A stretch of 64,000 nt of DNA from the NCBI GenBank assembly GCA_015063785.1, contig SVTM01000007.1, positions 25,665-89,664 of the forward strand, written 5' to 3'. The stretch is from Oscillospiraceae bacterium (GTDB lineage Bacteria > Bacillota > Clostridia > Oscillospirales > CAG-382). Position numbers and translations under genes: made by a program. The notes below the pieces were generated by a model. That model worked only from the letters and a program-made list of their open reading frames with translations. It did not search any database and had not been told where the DNA came from. Within the stretch, counting starts at the first letter, position 1. Every line of letters starts with the position of its first letter. Of this stretch, positions 18,670-27,496 are shown in pieces.

Positions 18670-19794
18670 ATGGCAAAGGCAAAGAACACCGAAAACCAGT
18701 CGGGCGAAAAGAAAAACGAGATACTTCGCCTGATAGAAAAAGGCAAGGCAAAGGGACATCTGACCACCGAAGAGGTGCTGGAGGTCATCGACGAAACAGA
18801 TCTTGACGTTGAACAGATAGAAAAATTATACGAAACCTTCGAAGAGCAGGGCATTGAGGTCATCGGCTACGAGGAGGATATGAACCTGGACGAGATAAGC
18901 TCGGAAACCTTAAGCGATTATGCCGACGACGAAACCGACGACGGCGCCCTCTCGCAGGAAGGTATGCTTATCGACGACCCCGTTCGAATGTACCTTAAAG
19001 AGATCGGAAAGGTCGAGCTGCTTGACACCGAAAAAGAGCTTGCCCTTGCCGAAAAAATGGCAAACGGCGACGAACAGGCAAAGAATATATTGGTGGAAAG
19101 CAACCTGCGCCTTGTTGTCAGCATTGCAAAAAGATATGTGGGCAGAGGAATGTTTTTTCTCGACCTTATTCAGGAGGGAAACCTCGGCCTTATGAAGGCG
19201 GTGGAAAAGTTTGACTATACCAAGGGCTACAAATTCTCTACCTACGCCACCTGGTGGATCAGACAAGCCATCACCCGTGCCATCGCCGACCAGGCGCGCA
19301 CCATCCGAATCCCCGTACATATGGTGGAAACCATAAACAAGGTACTGCGCGTTTCGCGCCAGCTTCTGCAGGAGCTGGGACGCGAGGCGACCACCGAGGA
19401 GATTGCAAAGGTTATGAACATGGCCCCCGAAAAGGTGCGGGACATAATGAAGCTGGCGCAAGAGCCCGTGAGCCTCGAAACCCCCATCGGCGAGGAGGAG
19501 GACAGCCACCTTGGCGATTTTATTCCCGACGACGATGCTCCGGCACCTGCCGATGCGGCATCCTACGCGCTGCTTCGCGAGCAACTGAACGAAGTGCTCC
19601 ACACCCTCACCCCAAGAGAAGAAGAGGTGCTGAAGCTTCGCTTTGGTCTTGAGGACGGCAGAACGCGCACCCTTGAAGAGGTGGGACTGGAATTCAACAT
19701 CACCCGAGAGCGCATCCGTCAGATCGAAGCCAAGGCGCTTCGAAAGCTTCGCCATCCCAGCCGTTCCAAACGGCTTAAAGACTATCTTGACTGA
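18670..19794 (+). CDS. rpoD: Primary RNA polymerase sigma factor (RpoD/SigA)
   Basis: Start at the ATG at 18670 ([10 protein letters not shown]). Canonical group 1 motifs: [94 protein letters not shown]. Downstream of dnaG. Confidence 0.95.
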   Translation: MAKAKNTENQSGEKKNEILRLIEKGKAKGHLTTEEVLEVIDETDLDVEQIEKLYETFEEQGIEVIGYEEDMNLDEISSETLSDYADDETDDGALSQEGMLIDDPVRMYLKEIGKVELLDTEKELALAEKMANGDEQAKNILVESNLRLVVSIAKRYVGRGMFFLDLIQEGNLGLMKAVEKFDYTKGYKFSTYATWWIRQAITRAIADQARTIRIPVHMVETINKVLRVSRQLLQELGREATTEEIAKVMNMAPEKVRDIMKLAQEPVSLETPIGEEEDSHLGDFIPDDDAPAPADAASYALLREQLNEVLHTLTPREEEVLKLRFGLEDGRTRTLEEVGLEFNITRERIRQIEAKALRKLRHPSRSKRLKDYLD

Positions 19795-19806
19795 GGAGGA
19801 GCAAAA

Positions 19807-20505
19807 ATGAAAAAAATCGGACTTATCGGCGCCATGGACAGCGAAATCGCCGCCTTCTGCCGCGATTTTGATGCTGAAAAAACGCATATTCCCGGCATTT
19901 TCCTCGGAAAATACAACGGCTACGAAATATACATCTGTGTCAGCGGCATCGGCAAGGTAAACGCCGCCATTGCGGCACAAAGGCTGGTGGACATTTTCGC
20001 GGTCGACTGCATCATAAATTCGGGTGTTGCCGGCGGCATATACGAAAAGCTTCAAAAGCTGGACATCGTCATTTCAAAGCGGCTGACCTACCACGATTTT
20101 GACCCCCTTGACATTCTCGACAGAAATCCGCCGTACACAATGTATTTCGATGCAGATACGGAACTTTCGGACAAGGCGACAAAAGCCTGCGACGCCCTTA
20201 ACACAAAGCTTTGCGCCGAGGGCAAGGATTCGTTTTGTGCCTACTGCGGAACGGTGGTTTCGGGCGATTGCTTTGTAAGCTCGGCGGCAAAGGCAAAAGA
20301 GCTCCGCGATAAATTTGATGCCTACTGCACCGAAATGGAAGGCGCCGCCATTGCCCACACGGCGTACGTGAACAAAATTCCTTTTCTCATCATCCGCGCC
20401 ATATCGGATTTTGCCGACGAGGACGCAGAAAATTCGTTTGACAGCTTCGAAAACGTTGCGGCAGACCGCGCGGCGTTTATAGTAAAAGAAATGTTGTCGG
20501 TCTGA
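19807..20505 (+). CDS. mtnN: 5-methylthioadenosine/S-adenosylhomocysteine nucleosidase
   Basis: 232 aa; [47 protein letters not shown]. Confidence 0.85.
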   Translation: MKKIGLIGAMDSEIAAFCRDFDAEKTHIPGIFLGKYNGYEIYICVSGIGKVNAAIAAQRLVDIFAVDCIINSGVAGGIYEKLQKLDIVISKRLTYHDFDPLDILDRNPPYTMYFDADTELSDKATKACDALNTKLCAEGKDSFCAYCGTVVSGDCFVSSAAKAKELRDKFDAYCTEMEGAAIAHTAYVNKIPFLIIRAISDFADEDAENSFDSFENVAADRAAFIVKEMLSV

Positions 20506-20536
20506 CAAAAATTTATTAAAAAACAGGAGAACAGCC

Positions 20537-21694
20537 ATGGCAAAATCTGCTTCAAAGAAAAAAAGCGCATCTCCCGACAATTCCATAGTAACAAACCTTG
20601 CAGAGCTTCTTACCGAGCGTGCAAAAAACACCGGCTCTCTTTCGAGCGCCGACATTCTCGATTGCATCGAGGATTCCCACATCTCGATCGAACAGATCGA
20701 AATGCTCTATGACATTCTCGACAGCCGCGGCATCGAGATAACCGATTTCAGCGAGGAGGACGCCTTTCTTGACGATATCCTGAAGGGTGACGAAAACCCC
20801 GACAGCCACGAGAACGACGAGTTTGAAGAAGCTCTTGAGGAAGAGCTTGCCCAGGACAGCTCTGTTGTAAACGACTCGGTGCGCGTCTACCTTAAGGACA
20901 TCGGAAAGATCGAGCTTTTAAGCGCCGAACGCGAGCTGGAACTGGCCGAAAAAATGGCAAACGGCGACGAGATCGCCAAGGGCGAGATCATTGAAAGTAA
21001 CCTGCGCCTTGTCGTAAGCATTGCAAAAAAATACACCGGACGCGGCATGCCTTTTCTTGATCTTATCCAGGAGGGCAACATCGGCCTTATGAAGGCGGTG
21101 GAAAAGTTTGACTATACCAAGGGCTACAAGTTCTCGACCTACGCCACCTGGTGGATCAGACAAGCCATCACCCGTTCTATCTCGGTGCACGGCAGAACCA
21201 TCCCCCTTCCGGTACATATCGTTGAAAAAATAAACAAGCTTCGCCAGATCTCCCGTGCTGCAATGCAGCGTCTTGGCCGCGAGCCCAACGACGCCGAGAT
21301 TGCACAGGAAATGGGATGCTCGGTGGAAAAGGTGCGCGAGATCATAAAGTACGCCCAGGACCCCATCAGCCTTGAGGAGCGCGTGGGCAAGGAAGAGGAC
21401 AGCGTTATCGGCGATTTTATTCCCGATGCCAACGCCCCCGACCCCGAACAGATCGTTTCGCGCACTATCCTGCGCGAGAAAATAATGGAAGCTCTCGACA
21501 GCCTGACTCCCAGAGAGGCAAGCGTAATCAAGATGCGCTTTGGACTGATTGACGGCAGAGTCCGCACCCTTGAAGAGGTGGGCGAAGAATTTAACATCAC
21601 CCGTGAACGTATCCGTCAGATCGAAGCAAAGGCTCTGCGCAAGCTGCGCCATCCCAGCCGTATCAAGATGTTCAAGGAATTTGGCGGAGAATGA
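20537..21694 (+). CDS. Second RpoD-like sigma-70 factor (paralog of the gene at 18670)
   Basis: 385 aa with full regions 1.1-4.2. Regions 2.3-2.4 and 4.2 are nearly identical to the first copy, but the invariant [15 protein letters not shown] is changed to [15 protein letters not shown] and region 1.1 is divergent. Confidence 0.85.
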   Translation: MAKSASKKKSASPDNSIVTNLAELLTERAKNTGSLSSADILDCIEDSHISIEQIEMLYDILDSRGIEITDFSEEDAFLDDILKGDENPDSHENDEFEEALEEELAQDSSVVNDSVRVYLKDIGKIELLSAERELELAEKMANGDEIAKGEIIESNLRLVVSIAKKYTGRGMPFLDLIQEGNIGLMKAVEKFDYTKGYKFSTYATWWIRQAITRSISVHGRTIPLPVHIVEKINKLRQISRAAMQRLGREPNDAEIAQEMGCSVEKVREIIKYAQDPISLEERVGKEEDSVIGDFIPDANAPDPEQIVSRTILREKIMEALDSLTPREASVIKMRFGLIDGRVRTLEEVGEEFNITRERIRQIEAKALRKLRHPSRIKMFKEFGGE

Positions 21695-21695
21695 T

Positions 21696-22412
21696 ATGAC
21701 CCCTCGTGACACACAAAACACCCACGCCGACCACAGAAAACGCTTGAAAGCGCGTTTTCTGGAGCACGGTCTTTCGGCTTTTGATAAGCACGAGGTGTTG
21801 GAAATGCTTCTTTTCTACGCTCTGCCGCGAAAAGATACCAACGCCATCGGCCACGCCCTTATTGACAGATTTGGTTCGATAAGTGCCGTTTTTGATGCAA
21901 GCATCGAAGCTTTGTGCTCGGTGCAGGGCATTTCGGAACACACGGCTATTCTTTTGAAGATGATGCCGCAGCTCGTGGGTGTATATCTTTATGATCTTGA
22001 CCGTGAGGGCAACAAGGTAAAATATTTTGACTATAACGAAATGGGCAGATTTTTTGTTTCAAAATTCGTCGGAAAACAGACCGAAGCTTTGTACGCCGCG
22101 TATTTTGACAACGGAATGCACCTTATCGACTGCACCCTTATCAGTGATGGTGAGGTAAACGGTTCGCACATGAGCGTGCGCAAGGTGGTTTCGGGCGCTT
22201 TGGCAAACGACGCATCGTTTGTGGTTTTGGCGCATAACCATCCCAAGGGCACCGTGCTTCCCTCCGACTCGGATATTACGGCAACAAACGTTTGCAAGGC
22301 GGCTCTTAACGTGGTGGACGTGGTGCTTTACGAGCATTACATCATTTCGGGCACAAGGTACATGGGCCTTTGTACGGCGCAAAAAATGGTAGACACCGAA
22401 AAAAACAAATGA
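21696..22412 (+). CDS. radC: RadC-like JAB-domain protein
   Basis: Start at the ATG at 21696, immediately after the upstream stop. HhH-like N-terminus (ELLEMLLFYALPRKDTN) and JAMM motif (HNHPKGTVLPSDSDITAT). Confidence 0.8.
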   Translation: MTPRDTQNTHADHRKRLKARFLEHGLSAFDKHEVLEMLLFYALPRKDTNAIGHALIDRFGSISAVFDASIEALCSVQGISEHTAILLKMMPQLVGVYLYDLDREGNKVKYFDYNEMGRFFVSKFVGKQTEALYAAYFDNGMHLIDCTLISDGEVNGSHMSVRKVVSGALANDASFVVLAHNHPKGTVLPSDSDITATNVCKAALNVVDVVLYEHYIISGTRYMGLCTAQKMVDTEKNK

Positions 22413-22419
22413 CTTCCTT

Positions 22420-23004
22420 TCAGTAGTCGCACCCCGACGCCGAAAACAAAAGATAGATACAGATGGCACACAGCGAAAGATTGCACGACGAAAAAACCAA
22501 GGTCGCGCAGACGCACAAAGTCAATAATACCAAAGAAACAAGCTCTGAGCTTTTTATAAGCGTCAGGGCTTTTTCATACGGAAAATTTTGCAAAAGGGCG
22601 CATTTCAGTATGCGTGCACCGTCAAACCCCCGCGCCGGCAGAATATTTATTGCCGACAGCCACAAAGAGCAGACGGCGCAGAAAAAAAGAAGCTCCGAGC
22701 GCAAAAACGTGGACAACGGAAAAAGAAAAGCCGAAAAAAGTGCACCGAAAATCGGGCCTGATGCGGCGATGATTGCCTCCTTTTTGTAGCTCACCTCGCG
22801 AGAAAGAGTTATTTGTGCCCCAAAGGGCAAAAGCGAAAGCTCGGCAACCGACGAACCCAGCGTGTATATTGCCGCCAGATGCCCCAGCTCGTGGACGGCG
22901 GCACAAAAAAGCACGGCGAGCGAATAGACGCTGTTTTCGGCAAGAAAAAAGCAAAAAAGCGTGAAAGCAAAGGCGGGATGGATCAAAAGACGGCCGATGC
23001 GCAA
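22420..23004 (-). CDS. Short M50-family (site-2 protease / SpoIVFB-like) zinc metalloprotease
   Basis: 194 aa polytopic protein; the HELGH motif sits in a TM helix and NILPARGFDG is present (NxxPxxxxDG). No PDZ or CBS domain. Apparent TTG start 5 nt after the upstream stop. Confidence 0.6.
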   Translation of the reverse strand: MRIGRLLIHPAFAFTLFCFFLAENSVYSLAVLFCAAVHELGHLAAIYTLGSSVAELSLLPFGAQITLSREVSYKKEAIIAASGPIFGALFSAFLFPLSTFLRSELLFFCAVCSLWLSAINILPARGFDGARILKCALLQNFPYEKALTLIKSSELVSLVLLTLCVCATLVFSSCNLSLCAICIYLLFSASGCDY

Positions 23005-23009
23005 AGGTC

Positions 23010-23189
23010 TTATCTTCTTTCCCTTCCTTCAAAAAGCTCGTTTGCAAGATCCGCAAGGGTGACAGATGCGTTTCCTTTGTATTCCTGACCACCCATAACG
23101 GGGATAAAGTCGTTTTTCGTATCAAAATAGCGCACTGTCAACGAAAACAAAAGCGAGATCGCGGCGGCAAGGATATATTTTCGGTTCAT
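23010..23189 (-). CDS. Small signal-anchored hypothetical protein (59 aa)
   Basis: Start moved to the ATG at 23189 (MNRKYILAAAISLLFSLTV) behind an AAAAGGAG RBS. Tightly linked to the M50 protease gene. Confidence 0.4.
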   Translation of the reverse strand: MNRKYILAAAISLLFSLTVRYFDTKNDFIPVMGGQEYKGNASVTLADLANELFEGRERR

Positions 23190-23357
23190 GGTTTTGCTCC
23201 TTTTTTGGGTTTTGTAAAGCATATTTTTCGCTGCTTTCGAATATTCATTGGAGCAGGGAAAAGAAGGGATTTTGTGCATTTTTCATAATGAAAAAGCGAA
23301 AATTTTCTTTTTTATTTGTTCTTGATGCCGAAATTGTCGGGAAGTGTCAAAAAAAGA

Positions 23358-23386
23358 TTGACAAAGGGGATTGGAGATATTATAAT
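23358..23386 (+). promoter_or_regulatory. Consensus sigma-A promoter of the feo operon
   Basis: TTGACA (23358-23363), 17 nt spacer, TATAAT (23381-23386), read directly. Confidence 0.65.
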
Positions 23387-23393
23387 ATCAATG

Positions 23394-23409
23394 GTTAGCG
23401 AAAGCTAAC
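23394..23409. promoter_or_regulatory. 16-nt perfect palindrome GTTAGC-GAAA-GCTAAC at the predicted feo transcription start
   Basis: Begins 8 nt after the -10 box. A near-identical copy lies at 23714-23729. Either a repressor operator or a 5-prime RNA stem-loop with a GNRA loop. Confidence 0.5.
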
Positions 23410-23457
23410 TTGACAAAGCTTTTTGTTTTGCGTTACATAATACAACGGAGGAAACGC

Positions 23458-23679
23458 ATGAGAACTTTGAATGAAGCAAAGATCGGTCAGACCGTAAAAG
23501 TAGTGAAGCTCCACGGCGAAGGCGCGCTGAAGCGCAGGATCATGGACATGGGCATAACCCGCGGCATCGAGATCAAGATCCGCAAGGTCGCCCCCCTGGG
23601 AGATCCCATTGAGCTTACTGTGCGAGGATATGAGCTTACCTTGCGAAAAGCCGATGCACAGACCATCGAAATTGAATAA
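23458..23679 (+). CDS. feoA: Ferrous iron transport protein A
   Basis: 73 aa from the ATG at 23458 (GGAGGAAA RBS): MRTLNEAKIGQTVKVVKLHGEGALKRRIMDMGITRGIEIKIRKVAPLGDPIELTVRGYELTLRKADAQTIEIE, a typical FeoA SH3-like domain. Confidence 0.9.
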   Translation: MRTLNEAKIGQTVKVVKLHGEGALKRRIMDMGITRGIEIKIRKVAPLGDPIELTVRGYELTLRKADAQTIEIE

Positions 23680-23682
23680 AAG

Positions 23683-23703
23683 CAGGGAAGTCCCTGTTTT
23701 TTT
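23683..23703 (+). terminator. Terminator-like hairpin between feoA and feoB (possible attenuator)
   Basis: CAGGGA-ag-TCCCTG followed by TTTTTTT, 4 nt after the feoA stop. Confidence 0.45.
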
Positions 23704-23713
23704 GAAGGCATCG

Positions 23714-23729
23714 GTTAGCGCAAGCTAAC
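23714..23729. promoter_or_regulatory. Second copy of the palindrome, GTTAGC-GCAA-GCTAAC, upstream of feoB
   Basis: Same 6-bp arms as 23394-23409. The central tetranucleotide differs (GCAA vs GAAA) but still fits GNRA. Confidence 0.5.
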
Positions 23730-23773
23730 AACGCTGTGAAAAAGCACGCTATTTTCAGAAAGGAAAAGACAGA

Positions 23774-26485
23774 ATGAAGATCAGAATTGCCCTTGCAGGC
23801 AACCCGAACTGCGGCAAGACCACTCTTTTCAACGAGCTGACCGGATCAAACCAGTATGTCGGAAACTGGCCGGGGGTTACGGTTGAAAAAAAGGAAGGAA
23901 ACGTAAAACAGTACGAGGACGTGTCGCTTACAGACCTTCCGGGTATATATTCGCTTTCGCCCTACACTCTCGAGGAGGTAGTTGCCCGAAACTATCTTGT
24001 GGACGAGCGCCCCGATGTTATCCTTAACATCGTTGACGGAACGAATATCGAAAGAAACCTGTACCTTACCACCCAGCTTATCGAGCTTGGCATCCCCGTT
24101 GTGGTTGCCATAAACATGATAGATATTGTCCGCAAAAACGGCGATACCATAAACACCCAGCTTCTTTCGGAAAAACTCGGTTGTCGCGTGGTCGAGATCT
24201 CGGCTCTCAAGGGCACCGGAACAAAAGAAGCCATCGAGGCGGCAATTGCCGCGGCACAGACGCCAAGGATCGTTCCCCACCACATTTTTTCGGGATCTGT
24301 CGAGCACGCCATTGCCCACATCGAGGAAGAGGCTGTGCACGGACTGCCCGAGGAAAGGCAAAGATGGTATGCCATAAAGATCTTTGAGCGCGACGAAAAG
24401 GTGCTGGAAAAGCTTGCCCTTTCAAGCCAGAAGATGGCGCACATCGAAGCCGACATTGCCTCCACCGAAAAGGAAATGGACGACGATGCCGAATCGATCA
24501 TCACAAACGAGCGTTACGAATATATTGCCCGTATCCTTGAAAAATCCTACCGCAAAAAGAATGCAGGCAGACTTTCCACCTCTGACAAGATCGACAAGGT
24601 GGTTACAAACAGAATTCTTGCCCTTCCCATCTTTGTCGTTATCATGTATCTCGTATACACCCTTTCGATCGGAACTGTCGGTGACTGGACGGTCGGATTT
24701 GTAAACGATCAGTTCTTTGGCGACGGCTGGTTTGCCCTGGGCATAGGCCGCGGCGAATACGACGAGGCTGTGGGCGAATACGAGGGCGAGAGGGCAAAGA
24801 TAGATGCCTACGTTTCTGCGGCAATACCCGAAGAAGTAAGCTCGGCAAAGGCTTCCCTTGAAAACGTCGATCTCACCGTCGATGACGAGGCGATCGCAAA
24901 CTTCAAAGTATTTGCCGACGGCCGCGATGCCACCTTTGCCACCGAAGAAAACGGCGAAGAAACCGTTATCACGGCGGCAGATTTTGACTCGGCACTATTG
25001 CAGTACACACAAGCTCACGAAAATTCCGACGAGTGGCAGGAAAGCCGCGCTACTCTTATCGGCTACATAGAATATTTTATCCCCGAGGATGTGGCGGCGC
25101 TCGTAGCTTCCGTGGAAGAGGGAAATCTTGACGCGGCAGGCGAATTTGCAGCGGCAAATCCCGAACACACAGGCATCATCGAAGCGCAGGAAGAAGGAGA
25201 GGAAGGGGCGGTTGTTGATGCAGACAGCTTTGTTGCCGCCCTTTCGGCGCAAGAGCCCGATCCTTCACAGTTTGGCCCCTTTGTTCCCGGCATCGGCGAT
25301 CTTGTAACACGCCTTCTTGAAAAAATAAACGTTCAGGGCTGGCTGCAGAGCCTTATTGTCGACGGTGTTGTCGGCGGAGCAGGTGCCGTGCTTGGATTTG
25401 TTCCCCAGATGCTCATTCTCTTCCTTTTGCTTTCGCTTCTTGAGGATTGCGGATATATGGCGCGTATCGCCTTCATCATGGACCGCCTTTTCCGCAAATT
25501 CGGTCTTTCGGGCAAGAGCTTTATTCCCATGCTCGTTGCCACAGGCTGCGGCGTGCCCGGCATTATGGCAAGCCGCACCATCGAGCAGGACCGCGACCGC
25601 AAAATGACGATCATGACCACCGGCTTTATTCCCTGCGGTGCAAAGATGCCAATAGTTGCATTCATTGCAGGCGCGCTCTTTGGCGGCAGCGCTATCGTTG
25701 CCGTGGCGGCGTACTTTATCGGTGTTGCAGCGGTGGTTGTTTCGGGCTTGATACTTAAGAAAACCAAGCTTTTTGCAGGCGATCCCGCCCCCTTCGTCAT
25801 GGAGCTTCCCGCATATCACGCACCCCTTGCCAAAAATATTTTCAGAGCAACCTGGGAGCGCGGATGGTCGTTTATCAAGCGTGCCGGCACCGTTATCGTT
25901 GCGGCAAGCATCATCATCTGGCTGCTCAACAGCTTCTCGTTTACAGGCGGCTTCCACTTTATGACCGAAGCAAACGGCGGCAAGTCTATTCTTGAAGTCA
26001 TCGGCAGCGCTATCGCATTCCTTTTTGCCCCTCTTGGCTTTGCAAGATGGGAAACGGCTGTTGCAACGGTTCTTGGCCTTCTGGCAAAGGAAGAGGTTGT
26101 CGGCGTATTCGGTTCGCTCTCGTCTATGGCAGACGTGGATGCCTTTGCAGCGGTGGACGGCGCAGATTTCAACACCCTTCGCAGAATCGGCGCATGCTTC
26201 TTTGACAACGGACTGCAGGCGTTCTCGTTTATGATCTTCAATCTTCTTTGTGCCCCCTGCTTTGCGGCGATGGGCGCCATCAAGAGAGAAATGAACAACG
26301 GCAAGTGGACAGCCTTTGCCATCTCGTATATGTGCGTTTTTGCATACGCTATCTCGCTTATCGTTTACCAGCTGGGCAGCCTTTTTGCGGGCGGCGGATT
26401 TGGCATCGGAACAGTGGCGGCATTTATTGTGCTTGCACTTCTTCTCTATCTTCTTTTCCGTAAAAACAAATACGAAACAAAATAA
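23774..26485 (+). CDS. feoB: Ferrous iron transporter FeoB, long form with an acidic insertion
   Basis: 903 aa; G-domain motifs GNPNCGKTTLFN, DLPGIYS, NMID; polytopic C-terminal permease. It carries a segment of roughly 170 residues rich in Asp/Glu/Ala, encoded at about 24750-25270 after the first TM helix. Confidence 0.9.
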   Translation: MKIRIALAGNPNCGKTTLFNELTGSNQYVGNWPGVTVEKKEGNVKQYEDVSLTDLPGIYSLSPYTLEEVVARNYLVDERPDVILNIVDGTNIERNLYLTTQLIELGIPVVVAINMIDIVRKNGDTINTQLLSEKLGCRVVEISALKGTGTKEAIEAAIAAAQTPRIVPHHIFSGSVEHAIAHIEEEAVHGLPEERQRWYAIKIFERDEKVLEKLALSSQKMAHIEADIASTEKEMDDDAESIITNERYEYIARILEKSYRKKNAGRLSTSDKIDKVVTNRILALPIFVVIMYLVYTLSIGTVGDWTVGFVNDQFFGDGWFALGIGRGEYDEAVGEYEGERAKIDAYVSAAIPEEVSSAKASLENVDLTVDDEAIANFKVFADGRDATFATEENGEETVITAADFDSALLQYTQAHENSDEWQESRATLIGYIEYFIPEDVAALVASVEEGNLDAAGEFAAANPEHTGIIEAQEEGEEGAVVDADSFVAALSAQEPDPSQFGPFVPGIGDLVTRLLEKINVQGWLQSLIVDGVVGGAGAVLGFVPQMLILFLLLSLLEDCGYMARIAFIMDRLFRKFGLSGKSFIPMLVATGCGVPGIMASRTIEQDRDRKMTIMTTGFIPCGAKMPIVAFIAGALFGGSAIVAVAAYFIGVAAVVVSGLILKKTKLFAGDPAPFVMELPAYHAPLAKNIFRATWERGWSFIKRAGTVIVAASIIIWLLNSFSFTGGFHFMTEANGGKSILEVIGSAIAFLFAPLGFARWETAVATVLGLLAKEEVVGVFGSLSSMADVDAFAAVDGADFNTLRRIGACFFDNGLQAFSFMIFNLLCAPCFAAMGAIKREMNNGKWTAFAISYMCVFAYAISLIVYQLGSLFAGGGFGIGTVAAFIVLALLLYLLFRKNKYETK

Positions 26486-26509
26486 ATCATCAAAAAGGAG
26501 GATTTGTTT

Positions 26510-26677
26510 ATGAACACACCAACGATTATAGTCCTTGCGGTTGTCGTTCTCGTTTTCGCGGCGATCGTTGTAAACGAGATACGCAAGAAAAAAGCGGGCA
26601 AGTCCTCTTGCTCGTGCGGCGGTTGTTCGGGATGCGGCATGAAAGGTCAGTGTCACGGCACGCCGGAGGAAAAATGA
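26510..26677 (+). CDS. FeoB-associated Cys-rich membrane protein (55 aa, below the ORF-track size cut-off)
   Basis: My translation: MNTPTIIVLAVVVLVFAAIVVNEIRKKKAGKSSCSCGGCSGCGMKGQCHGTPEEK. One TM helix plus a Cys cluster, AAAGGAGG RBS, directly after feoB. Confidence 0.7.
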   Translation: MNTPTIIVLAVVVLVFAAIVVNEIRKKKAGKSSCSCGGCSGCGMKGQCHGTPEEK

Positions 26678-26684
26678 AAAAATT

Positions 26685-26711
26685 CAGGAGCCGAAAGGCT
26701 CCTGTTTTTTT
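26685..26711 (+). terminator. Rho-independent terminator of the feo operon
   Basis: CAGGAGCC-gaaa-GGCTCCTG followed by a T7 run. Confidence 0.75.
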
Positions 26712-26813
26712 GCCGTTGATCAAATTTTACACCGAACGGCAGGACGTGGCGCCTGCCCCGCGGCAAAAGAAAGGCACGGCAAAGATGCCGTGCCATACGT
26801 TTTTCTTTTGTTC

Positions 26814-27446
26814 TCACAACAATTCTTCAAACGACGTGATATATCTGTCCACCGATTTTTTTATTTCCTCGGTATCGCCATCCGACGATGCATCGTAAAC
26901 TCCCACCGTTTCAAGTCCGGCTTTTTTTGCCGCTTTTATGGCGGTGAGATTATCGTCAAAAAAGGTGATCTGCGAAATATCGGTGCCAAGGGCTTTTGCC
27001 GTTTCAAAATATATTTCGGGCTGAGCCTTTACAAGGCCGAAATCGTCGACGGTAAAGACCTTTTCAAAAAGATCGTATATGCCGTTTCTTTTCAGGCAAA
27101 CATCGACGGTATAATGTGGACTTGCGGTGAGAACAGCAAGAACATGCCCTTGCGAAAGCAGCTTTTTCAGATATTCGGGCACGCCCTTTTTGGTGACGAT
27201 GCGGTGGGTGTATGCATCGACGGCATAGCTGCACATTCTGTCGACAATCTCGTCAAAGCTGCCCTTTACGCCAAGCTCTGCAAAAAGCTCTGCGGCGCCG
27301 CGATAGCCAAGGGGTGTTATTACCGAAATGATGTTTTCGGGATAATCAATGCCGTCTTCTTTCAGAATATCAAGCATTCTGTTTGCCCATTCGCCCATGG
27401 AATCCATCAGCGTTCCGTCCAGGTCAAACACGCAGTATTTTTTCAT
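26814..27446 (-). CDS. HAD-superfamily phosphatase
   Basis: Start at the ATG at 27446 (MKKYCVFDLDGTLMDS, AAAGGAG RBS). Motif I is DLDGT; a later TASP motif and FFDDN are present. Confidence 0.75.
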   Translation of the reverse strand: MKKYCVFDLDGTLMDSMGEWANRMLDILKEDGIDYPENIISVITPLGYRGAAELFAELGVKGSFDEIVDRMCSYAVDAYTHRIVTKKGVPEYLKKLLSQGHVLAVLTASPHYTVDVCLKRNGIYDLFEKVFTVDDFGLVKAQPEIYFETAKALGTDISQITFFDDNLTAIKAAKKAGLETVGVYDASSDGDTEEIKKSVDRYITSFEELL

Positions 27447-27496
27447 TTTTTCTCCTTTTATTCTTACACGGAAAGCTGTTGTTTCCAAAGCGCAAT

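Noticed and set aside
25265-26656. 463 aa minus-strand ORF
   Set aside because: It is antisense to the feoB permease domain and to the small Cys-rich gene. It has no RBS and no recognisable motifs.
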